In this document: positions 8,751 through 17,071 of the stretch, in pieces | Layout of the letters: every line of letters starts with the position of its first letter | How positions within the stretch are numbered: the stretch's first letter is position 1 | IMG/VR virus record: IMGVR_UViG_3300028597_000007 | DNA from: a virus | Reading direction: 5' to 3' (one strand) | DNA: 64,000 bases | Position numbers and translations under genes: made by a program | Notes under the pieces: model-generated | Seen by the model: the letters and a program-made list of their open reading frames with translations, nothing else | Database searches by the model: none | Told to the model about the DNA's origin: nothing

Positions 8751-10052
8751 ATGACACGTCGTCTCAAACAGTGCGCCACGATGGTGCAAGAGGCTATCGC
8801 CCACCAGGGTCGAAGCCAACTCTTCCGTGATCTCCTCATGATCATCCGCGAGGTCAAGGAAGTCCCTTACGCTGCGCTGGGCAAAGAATTGCTCATCAAG
8901 AAGGGCATCGATAAGGTGATCGAGAAACACACGGGTCTGAAGATCCCTGTGTACATCGACAACTCGCCGTACATCAATGCCTGGATCTATCCTCCGTACA
9001 TCGACGCCAACCACGCGGTGTTCGCCGGTAACCAGTGGCAGCGTGGCGACAACTGGACCCTGGAGTACATCAACAAGCAGTCCAACAAGGTCTTCGGTAA
9101 ATCCGAATCGATCTTCGGCACTGTTGACCGTGAGCGCTCGCGCGTGTCTGGTGACTTCACCAAGATCGAGTGTCCGATGTACGTCACTCGTATGGCCATC
9201 AATCATCCAGAGGCGACCCCTGAGATGATCGTGTCGGTTATCCTGCACGAGATCGGTCACGTCTTCACCTACTTCGAGTTCATGGGTCGAGTGACCACCT
9301 TCAACGGCGCACTGCAGGCTGCCTCAGAAATGTTCTTCCAGTGCAACTCCCGCGAAGACCGCCTCAAGGTTGTCCGTGACGTGGGTGACAAGTTCGGCGT
9401 CGATACCGACGACCGCGATGCATTGATGAACTCCCGCTCCAAAGACGGCTTCATTACCGTCCTGGCCCGCGGTTACGTCATCGACCGCAAGTCGAGCCTG
9501 GGTTCTTCGATTTATGACATCACCCTGTGGGAGTCGCTGTCTGACCAGTTCAGCATGCGCCACGGCTCCGGCGTTGATGGTGTGAAGATGATGGACCTGA
9601 TCTACAAGAACAGCGGCGCCTCGGCCTACCACGGTACCCTGACCCACATCATCTTTACCCTGTTCAAGGTTCTGATGTTCATCGTCATGACCTTCTCGCT
9701 GTTCGGCCTGCCTCTGCTGCTGTTGTTTATCAACCCGGCAGAGAAGATCTATGACGAGCCAGAAGCCCGCATGTTGCGCATGCGTAACGACTTCGTCTCG
9801 GGTCTGAAGTCTCCCACCATCTCCAAAGAGGAGAAGGCAAAGATCGCTGAAGACGTTAAGGAAATTGATCTGATCATCAAGGACCTGGACGACAAGCGCG
9901 GCCTGATTGAACTGTTCTACACCTCCTGCACCCCAGAAGGTCGTCGTCAGTACAGTCAGATGCGCTTCCAGCAAGCCGTAGAGAACCTGGTTGCCAACGA
10001 CCTGCTCGTGGCCTCTACCCGCCTGACCAACCTCGCTAACCGCCTTTCCTGA
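8751..10052 (+). CDS. virion protein with zincin HEXXH motif and hydrophobic C-terminal segment
   Basis: ILHEIGH (9246-9260), downstream WESLSDQFSMRHGSG and hydrophobic IIFTLFKVLMFIVMTFSLFGLPLLLLFI; first gene of the head-protein cluster. Confidence 0.65.
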   Translation: MTRRLKQCATMVQEAIAHQGRSQLFRDLLMIIREVKEVPYAALGKELLIKKGIDKVIEKHTGLKIPVYIDNSPYINAWIYPPYIDANHAVFAGNQWQRGDNWTLEYINKQSNKVFGKSESIFGTVDRERSRVSGDFTKIECPMYVTRMAINHPEATPEMIVSVILHEIGHVFTYFEFMGRVTTFNGALQAASEMFFQCNSREDRLKVVRDVGDKFGVDTDDRDALMNSRSKDGFITVLARGYVIDRKSSLGSSIYDITLWESLSDQFSMRHGSGVDGVKMMDLIYKNSGASAYHGTLTHIIFTLFKVLMFIVMTFSLFGLPLLLLFINPAEKIYDEPEARMLRMRNDFVSGLKSPTISKEEKAKIAEDVKEIDLIIKDLDDKRGLIELFYTSCTPEGRRQYSQMRFQQAVENLVANDLLVASTRLTNLANRLS

Positions 10053-10063
10053 GGAGTGCCACC

Positions 10064-10516
10064 GTGCGCGAACTTAAAATCACCCGCAAGAAGTCGGGTA
10101 ACATTCTGGCCAACATCAACCAGATGCTCACCGCCACCAAAGTCGACGCCATCGATCGTACCGCGGTAACTGAACTGGGCTTTGCTGAGCTGGTAGCAGC
10201 CACCCTGCCCCTGTGCCCAACTGGCCAAGACCCAGCCGACTTCTACCGTGCCAACTGCATCGAGGGCGTGCGTGCGTTCCTGGACCAGGTGGTCGAGATG
10301 GTCAACATCAACCAGGAACAGTGCCTGCTGGCTGTCTGGGGCGTCTACGCTTACCGCCTGTCGATCATCCAGCCGATGAACCTGACCGACGTGCGGCCTT
10401 GTGTGGGTCGCTACATGGCCAAGTTGCCCGAGCGCCACAGCGCCATGGTTGCCAAGTACCCGACCCTGAACGAGAACTACTGGGCTCTGGCTGACAGTAT
10501 CTACGTCAACGTTTAA
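10064..10516 (+). CDS. hypothetical protein (150 aa)
   Basis: GAGGAG SD, GTG start, strong GC3 bias. Confidence 0.75.
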   Translation: MRELKITRKKSGNILANINQMLTATKVDAIDRTAVTELGFAELVAATLPLCPTGQDPADFYRANCIEGVRAFLDQVVEMVNINQEQCLLAVWGVYAYRLSIIQPMNLTDVRPCVGRYMAKLPERHSAMVAKYPTLNENYWALADSIYVNV

Positions 10517-10526
10517 GGTGATCGCG

Positions 10527-11864
10527 ATGAAGATGATCACTGAGAACCTGACAGAGGAGTTGTTTACCGACGACCCTCTGATTCCCAAGGGGATCATCAC
10601 GGCCTACGAGACGATCAAACGAGATCGAATGGTAAGCCAAGAGATGGTGAGCCCCTACATCCAGAACTTCCCGATGAACGTGTCGCTCAGCAACTTTACC
10701 GTTGAGCCATCGGAGAAAGGATTGGAAATCGCGCTGGAAGGCTTTGCGGTGCTGTTTAAGGTGACTGCCGGTGTTTTGCTGGTGTCTGCCCTGGGTGTGT
10801 GCATCTTCAACTTCATACGCTCCCGTAAAGCGGCTGAAGCCACTGCAGATGCGGCCACCAATGGTGTACTCCTGCATAAGGAAATCACCAAGCTGGTTCA
10901 GGGTATCCGTGCAGCCAAAGGCTTCCATGACCGTACCATCAAGATCAAGGCAAGTGACATCCCGCTGGGTCCAACCCGGCGTGCCTTGGGCCTGCATGGC
11001 GAGATTATCTACCCCGAGTGGGCAGATCGTTTCTACGCCTACGGTCACGACCAGCACTTCACCAACGCCATTGCCTCCAAGGTAGCAACCGGTCAGTTCT
11101 TCAGCATCACCGAGCATCTCATGACGCCGATGGCTGATTACATGTCGGATCTGGCAGGTCGTGTCAAGCAGCTGACCAAGATGGTGGATAACCTCCCAGC
11201 CACCATCAACTCCGGTCGCCTGGAACAGGTCGCTCGTGACATCGAGCAACTGGACACCCGTTCTATCCGTGGCACGTTCCTGGGTCACCTCGAACGAGTT
11301 TATGGCAAAGAGCTGCCGCAGCCTCGGGTAACCTTCCAAGCCAACAGCGCGGAGTTACTAGATGCACGGGTAACGGCGCTGAAGGAGTTCTACGACAGCA
11401 CTCGGGACGACAAGAAGTTCGTCCAGAACCACTACCAGGCCAACGTTGATCGTTGGAAGGCTGGTGATGTCGAACAGATGCTGGGGCGTATCCCAGAAAT
11501 CTGCGCCCAGGCTGCAAAGCTTGGCGCTGCTCCTTCGCTGTCGACAGGTAAGTCCATCGTGGACGAATGCGAGCAACTGCGTCGCAAGATCTCTCCGATC
11601 GAAGTACCTGAGATGATTGATCAGGCGCTTAAGAACACCCTCGAAAGTATCCGACTCGATTCTATTGCGTCGGTGAACCTCTTCGAAATGGTGATCAATG
11701 AACAGCGCCAGTTCACCATCTACATCCAGGACATCCTGAACCAGACCATCGAGTGGGCAACCGCTGTGGGTGCGTTCACCAAGCCAGCTGATCCACAAGC
11801 AGCTCGGCGGTTGATGAGCGACGCTCAAGATGCAACCAAAGCCACGCGCAAGGTAAAACTTTAA
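10527..11864 (+). CDS. internal head/ejection protein paralog with propeptide ending IALE
   Basis: AAGGTG SD before ATG 10527; SLSNFTVEPSEKGLEIALE|G followed by a hydrophobic helix, shared with the next two genes. Confidence 0.7.
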   Translation: MKMITENLTEELFTDDPLIPKGIITAYETIKRDRMVSQEMVSPYIQNFPMNVSLSNFTVEPSEKGLEIALEGFAVLFKVTAGVLLVSALGVCIFNFIRSRKAAEATADAATNGVLLHKEITKLVQGIRAAKGFHDRTIKIKASDIPLGPTRRALGLHGEIIYPEWADRFYAYGHDQHFTNAIASKVATGQFFSITEHLMTPMADYMSDLAGRVKQLTKMVDNLPATINSGRLEQVARDIEQLDTRSIRGTFLGHLERVYGKELPQPRVTFQANSAELLDARVTALKEFYDSTRDDKKFVQNHYQANVDRWKAGDVEQMLGRIPEICAQAAKLGAAPSLSTGKSIVDECEQLRRKISPIEVPEMIDQALKNTLESIRLDSIASVNLFEMVINEQRQFTIYIQDILNQTIEWATAVGAFTKPADPQAARRLMSDAQDATKATRKVKL

Positions 11865-11872
11865 GCCACCCT

Positions 11873-11902
11873 GCCCCCTACAGGTTCACGCTTGTAGGGG
11901 GC
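11873..11902 (+). terminator. intergenic hairpin abutting the next SD
   Basis: GCCCCCTACAG...TTGTAGGGGGC just after the 11864 stop and 2 nt before AAGGAG; no TATG flank. Confidence 0.5.
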
Positions 11903-11916
11903 TCAAGGAGTTTTTT

Positions 11917-14900
11917 ATGAAAGAGTACGATCTGGCCAGCTTGGCCCAGGCGTCTGACAAAGATCTGGTTGAGTTCCTCGGTCAGAACGAGCGTGTCATC
12001 GGTGAGGTGACTGCCCACATTGCCAACCTGGAACGCCTCAAGGGTACCAGTCAGGCACATGCGCTTGGCTACCAGGAATACCTGCCCGACGAAATCACCA
12101 TGCAGGACTTTGACACTCACCTGTCGAAGAAAGGCTACCAGATGTCCACCGAGGCTCTGCACACCATCCTGCTCGTGGCCGCATCCGCCGCTGTCGTCGC
12201 TGGCATCGGTATCATCGCCTACAAGCTGATCAAAGCTTCGATGGCCAAGGAGCCCAAGTCCGCCGACTTCCTCAAGAAACAGAAGGAAGTTCAGCAGTTC
12301 GCCATGCATTTGATCAAGGTGCAGTGGAGCGATGCCGCCGCCCCTACCCGTGAAGCGCTGAAGACCAAGTTCCTGGCCGACTGCGTCAGCGAAGTAACTG
12401 CGAACCTGTCCGAAGCAGACCTGCTGAACGACCCGTTCAACGCCTACGTGCGCAGCGAGTTCAAGACCTCCGGCGTTCCGTACATGGCACTGGTTGCCGG
12501 CATGCGTGGTCCAGCCTCGATCTTCTCTGGCGCTGCCACCATCTACCTGACCAACGTCAAGGAATCGCTGGAAGCCTTCCGCCGTGAGTTCCTGGACGTG
12601 ATCGCTGGTGCGCCTGATATCACCGACCACCAGATGATCAACCTGGTCAATGGCCTCAAGTGGAACCAGATCGACAACGGTAACGCTGCCGGTGTTCAGG
12701 CTCTGATGGGTTGGATCAATGCCATGGGTATCCCGTCCAGCAACCGTCTGGAAGAAGCCCTGCGCAATGCCAACGACATCCTGTCGGCCCCGGCCACCAT
12801 CGACCAGATCAATGCCTACGACCAGCACATCCAAGATGAGCTGATTGGCGAGGGCACTGTTCCCAAGGTCATTGCAATGATCCAGTCGCTCAAGGCCACC
12901 GGCAAGTACATCGAAGGTGCCAAGGGTAACTTCGTGGCTGGCGAGAAACGCTCGCAGCAAGTGGTTGACCTGTTCAAGGCCCAGATCGAACGTGCGCAGC
13001 TGCTGACCGACACCATCCCTCTGATCTCGCCACTGGTGACCCTGGAGTCCGACAACATCGTTCGTCGCTCCAAGTGCATCGCCAATGCCGGCAAGGCCCT
13101 GCTCAATGCCATTGAAGATGTGGCAGACAAGCTGGAAGACAAGGAAGCGGCCAAAGAGATCCGCACCGCGTTGGACGAGATTGCCCGTGCGTCCAAACAA
13201 GTGCTGAAAATGAAAACCGAGTCGCTGGTAGAACTTCCTGCCCCGGTCAGCTACGGCACCATGATGGACCTGCAAGCCAAGTCCGTGTGGATGGAACTGC
13301 TGAAGTCTTTGGCAGTGGCCGCGATGATCGGCCTGGCCGTGTTCGCCATCCAGGCGCTGGTATTGTCTATGTTGGGTCTGCAGTCGATGGCTGCATCCTT
13401 CGCTGGCGGCATCGTTTATTTCAACAAGAACGGTAAGCGTATCACCCCTGGCGAAGCCGCCGACGCCATTGCCAAGACCGTTGAGGAAAAGCGTACTGGC
13501 AAATACGGCGCGACCCTGGTAACCGGCCAACGCAATCTGCCATTCATTCTGAACCGTAGCCATCTGGACTCTGGCTTCAAGGACGTGGCTGCTGGCGTTG
13601 AGAAGTCGCTGAACGAGTTTGCCAACGAGCTACCGCGCGGGGGTGAGATTACCAGCGAGGCTATGGTTGCCGCCGCCAACAGCGGTATGAAGCACCTTAA
13701 GCGCACCATCTCCATTTTGGAAGGTCGTTTGAAGGGCATGAAGGTCAAGGTACCAGGCGGCGACCCGTCGGTTAAAGCCACCACCCACAACCTGCGTGAC
13801 GCGATGGATGCTTACGTTGACGAGTGGTTCAACCCTGAAAAGGCGAACTACGCTATCGTGCGTCAGGGCATCGACACCACCTGGTTCGGCGTCATGGACC
13901 CGAAGATGGCCGAGCACGTGGACGCCAACGCCAAGGTTCTGACCGACGGCATCGTACGCTTTGCCAAGTCCATCCCGAACGCAAGTAAGGATGAACTGAC
14001 CAAGCTGTCGCCAGAGGCCCAAGAAGCCCATGCCAACTTCAGTCAGGCTCAGGCATACCTGGCAACCCTCGGCTTCGTCATTACTGAAATCACCAAGAAG
14101 GCAATTGCCGACGGTGGTAAAGGTATGCAGGCGGTAAAAGACAACCTCAAGATGAAGGGCGAGGATATTGGCGGCATCGAGGTCGAGGATGACTTCGGTG
14201 GTGACGACATCGTTCAGTATCAAGAGGATCTCGATCCCTTGGTTGACATTGCAGACGCCATGGGCGACCTGTATGTTGACGAACAGACTGATGCAGTGAT
14301 GGCCATCGAGAAGATGAGCGTCAAGACCAAGCGCTTGCTGATGACCGCTGGTATCGTCCTCGCATTGGGTGCTGGTGCTTATCTGCTGCTGTCCATGTCC
14401 CAGAACCGCCGCAGCCCTTCCTCGTTTGCAACTGACAAGATGTTCAAGCAAATCCAGAAGGACCTGGAGGCCAGCTTGGCATCTGAAGAGTTTGCAGCCC
14501 GGATGCAGGCTTCCAGTGAGGAGCTGGGCGATGCCTTGCAGAAGGACTTCGACCGCATGCGCAAGCAAGCGGAGAGCCTTCGCCAGAAGACCGCGCAGCC
14601 GACCGAGAAAGAAGTCGGCGGCCAGCGTGTTGACGCAGGTGCCGCGCGCCCTGCTTCTGTGCATCCGCGCATCGGCGAGACCGGTTCCCCAGTGGCCGGG
14701 TCCAACAATGCGTCTCAGGCCAACCCTGAAACCACTTGGATCAACGACGTACCACACAGCACCGAGGCCCTACAGATTGCCAAGGAAGTGGACGAACTGA
14801 TCGCCAACCTCGGCAAGTTCGACTACAAGGGTGTGCTGCGTAGTCGTCTGGTTGAGCGTGCCCCTGGCATGGTTGCTTTGAACATGGCCACCGGTGGCTT

Positions 14901-15657
14901 CGACAAGGCTAGCGAGATCCTTTCGGGTGACCGCACGCGTCGTGTCGATAAGTTGATGGACCTCATGACCCACGTCATGGAGAACATCGTTGAACCGGTC
15001 ATCGATGTGGTCCGCGGTCAGGGCGATACCAATCCACAGGCTGAGCAGGTCTACGACAAGGTTGTGGCTGCCATCGAAAAGGCAACCGCCGATGCTACTG
15101 CCGAACGACTGCTCGACGAGGCCTACATGGCTCGCACCGAGGAAGACTTCGCAGACTGGTCCAAGCCTTGCACCGAGTCCGATGTGGTGGAAGCCATGGG
15201 TCGCTTCGATCCGAAGTGCGTGCAGTCGGCCGAGCGCTACTACCTGGACGAGGCCAAGTCTTACCACAGCTTGTCGCAAGACCTGGACTCGATGTGGAAG
15301 GACAACAAGGACTTCCTCAACCGCGAAGTGGGTGATCGGTTCAACGAGCTGAAGGGTAACCGGGACGCAACCTCCAAGCTCATCCGCCGCATGGAAGAGT
15401 TCAAGCCAACCTTCAACGTCATTGCGCGTTCGATCAAGGCTCATGTGGCCATCAGCGACGTCATCTTCGAGGCCAGTGAATTCTGCCTGCGGGTGCATCG
15501 CAGTGTGCAGCGTGAGCTGATCAAGTCCCTGCAGTTCCACCAGATGAAGGTGGCCGAGCTGGATGCCCGTATGGGTAAACAGTCCGAGACGCTGGGCAAG
15601 CTCTCGAAAGAGATGCAGGATCAGATCAACCGCTTCAATGATCGCAAAGATACCTAA
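11917..15657 (+). CDS. large multi-module internal head/ejection protein (1246 aa)
   Basis: AAGGAG SD; propeptide ending MSTE|A; three hydrophobic helices; further MAIE and HSTE sites. Confidence 0.75.
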   Translation: MKEYDLASLAQASDKDLVEFLGQNERVIGEVTAHIANLERLKGTSQAHALGYQEYLPDEITMQDFDTHLSKKGYQMSTEALHTILLVAASAAVVAGIGIIAYKLIKASMAKEPKSADFLKKQKEVQQFAMHLIKVQWSDAAAPTREALKTKFLADCVSEVTANLSEADLLNDPFNAYVRSEFKTSGVPYMALVAGMRGPASIFSGAATIYLTNVKESLEAFRREFLDVIAGAPDITDHQMINLVNGLKWNQIDNGNAAGVQALMGWINAMGIPSSNRLEEALRNANDILSAPATIDQINAYDQHIQDELIGEGTVPKVIAMIQSLKATGKYIEGAKGNFVAGEKRSQQVVDLFKAQIERAQLLTDTIPLISPLVTLESDNIVRRSKCIANAGKALLNAIEDVADKLEDKEAAKEIRTALDEIARASKQVLKMKTESLVELPAPVSYGTMMDLQAKSVWMELLKSLAVAAMIGLAVFAIQALVLSMLGLQSMAASFAGGIVYFNKNGKRITPGEAADAIAKTVEEKRTGKYGATLVTGQRNLPFILNRSHLDSGFKDVAAGVEKSLNEFANELPRGGEITSEAMVAAANSGMKHLKRTISILEGRLKGMKVKVPGGDPSVKATTHNLRDAMDAYVDEWFNPEKANYAIVRQGIDTTWFGVMDPKMAEHVDANAKVLTDGIVRFAKSIPNASKDELTKLSPEAQEAHANFSQAQAYLATLGFVITEITKKAIADGGKGMQAVKDNLKMKGEDIGGIEVEDDFGGDDIVQYQEDLDPLVDIADAMGDLYVDEQTDAVMAIEKMSVKTKRLLMTAGIVLALGAGAYLLLSMSQNRRSPSSFATDKMFKQIQKDLEASLASEEFAARMQASSEELGDALQKDFDRMRKQAESLRQKTAQPTEKEVGGQRVDAGAARPASVHPRIGETGSPVAGSNNASQANPETTWINDVPHSTEALQIAKEVDELIANLGKFDYKGVLRSRLVERAPGMVALNMATGGFDKASEILSGDRTRRVDKLMDLMTHVMENIVEPVIDVVRGQGDTNPQAEQVYDKVVAAIEKATADATAERLLDEAYMARTEEDFADWSKPCTESDVVEAMGRFDPKCVQSAERYYLDEAKSYHSLSQDLDSMWKDNKDFLNREVGDRFNELKGNRDATSKLIRRMEEFKPTFNVIARSIKAHVAISDVIFEASEFCLRVHRSVQRELIKSLQFHQMKVAELDARMGKQSETLGKLSKEMQDQINRFNDRKDT

Positions 15658-15666
15658 GGAGGTAAT

Positions 15667-17031
15667 GTGAGCGACTATTCCATGAAGATGGAAGAGCTGC
15701 TCGAAGACCTTGAAGGCAATGATTGGGTGGCTGACCCTGACGCGCCTCTGAGATTAGAGGACGAAGAAGGGAACGTCATCCCAATGCCTGGGGACAACGA
15801 ACAGCCTTCGGAAGAGGAGCTGGACGATGCCGTATTCCTAGCACATGGTCGCGAAACCGAATTGGTCAACATCATGGAAATGCTCCAGAGTTCTGGCGGC
15901 GTATCCCGTGACATGGCCATGCAGTTCCGCGACCTGCTTCCGCCAGAGATGGCGATGGAATCGTTCACTGTCCAGGTGACGCAAACCAACCATGTCATGG
16001 CCATGGAGTATGTGGGGACTGCAATCAAGATCGCGGCCGCTGCCGGCGTGATCGCAGTATTGGGTGCGGTGGGTTATCTGATCTATCGCATTACCAAGTC
16101 CCGCAAACGCATGCCTAAGAACAAGTTGGACAAAGCGGTATCTGCGGCATACGGCACTGCTGAGGAAAAGCTCAAGGTTGTGTTGGAAGGGCTCAAGCAT
16201 GAGTACCCTGAAATCGAGCACGTCGAACTCAAGTGGAACAAGGAAGAGGCGCTTGTCCAGATGGCAATCCAATGCCAGATGCAAGAGCTGGACCTGCGCA
16301 TGATGACTGGGACCTACAAGTCCTTCGTTGGCATGGTGGGTTCTGATGCCTTGGTGCAGGCTAATGAGATCAAGAAGTTCTTTGATACGTCAGTCTTCCC
16401 AGAACTTGACAAGATGTCCAAGGCAGGTACGGGCAAGGATATTGACGACATCACCAAAAAGATCCAGGAATTCAAATTCACGGATATGGTGTCCAAACAC
16501 CTTGATCGTTTCGGTCACGACATGCAGGTCAACTTCGAGCGCCCTGATCAGGTCTGTGAGAAGTTCCGTGCCAAGTATTCCCGTAGCGTGAGTGTTGAGG
16601 AGGCGGCCAGTAAGCTGAAGGGTGTTAAGCCCAACGGTGTGGACGTCCCTGAGCAGGCTGCTGTTGGTCTGTACAAGGCACAGGACATCATGACCCAGAT
16701 GTTGGTCAAGGTGAAGAACTACGAGAAGAAGCTGGAGAAGACGAAAGAACTCCCAGCCGATTACGTGGCTCAGATCAAAGGCGTGTTGGAGAAGTGCAAG
16801 CAGCCTCTCAAATCCTTGGGTGATGTATTCAACATCCTGGAGATGGAGATTGCTTCGCAGACCCGCTGTGCCAAGATCAAAGGCCTGGCTGTAGCGGAAG
16901 GTTACAAGAACGTAGCCAACCACTACAAGGAGAAAGCGTTGACCGACAAGGAACACCGCGCATCCTACCGAGCCTGCGTCAAAGTGCTGGACAAGTCCTT
17001 CGACGACATCCGTGGCGCCATGAAGTTGTAA
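15667..17031 (+). CDS. internal head/ejection protein paralog (454 aa)
   Basis: AAGGAGG SD, GTG start; acidic propeptide; LPPEMAMESFT...VMAME|Y followed by hydrophobic AIKIAAAAGVIAVLGAVGYLIY. Confidence 0.75.
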   Translation: MSDYSMKMEELLEDLEGNDWVADPDAPLRLEDEEGNVIPMPGDNEQPSEEELDDAVFLAHGRETELVNIMEMLQSSGGVSRDMAMQFRDLLPPEMAMESFTVQVTQTNHVMAMEYVGTAIKIAAAAGVIAVLGAVGYLIYRITKSRKRMPKNKLDKAVSAAYGTAEEKLKVVLEGLKHEYPEIEHVELKWNKEEALVQMAIQCQMQELDLRMMTGTYKSFVGMVGSDALVQANEIKKFFDTSVFPELDKMSKAGTGKDIDDITKKIQEFKFTDMVSKHLDRFGHDMQVNFERPDQVCEKFRAKYSRSVSVEEAASKLKGVKPNGVDVPEQAAVGLYKAQDIMTQMLVKVKNYEKKLEKTKELPADYVAQIKGVLEKCKQPLKSLGDVFNILEMEIASQTRCAKIKGLAVAEGYKNVANHYKEKALTDKEHRASYRACVKVLDKSFDDIRGAMKL

Positions 17032-17071
17032 CATACGCCCCCGGCTCATTGCGAGCCGGGGGCTATGCCGT
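17031..17071. terminator. bidirectional hairpin with CATA/TATGCCG flanks (element 3)
   Basis: GCCCCCGGCTC-ATTGC-GAGCCGGGGGC (17037-17063) between convergent genes, immediately followed by TATGCCGT. Confidence 0.85.
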
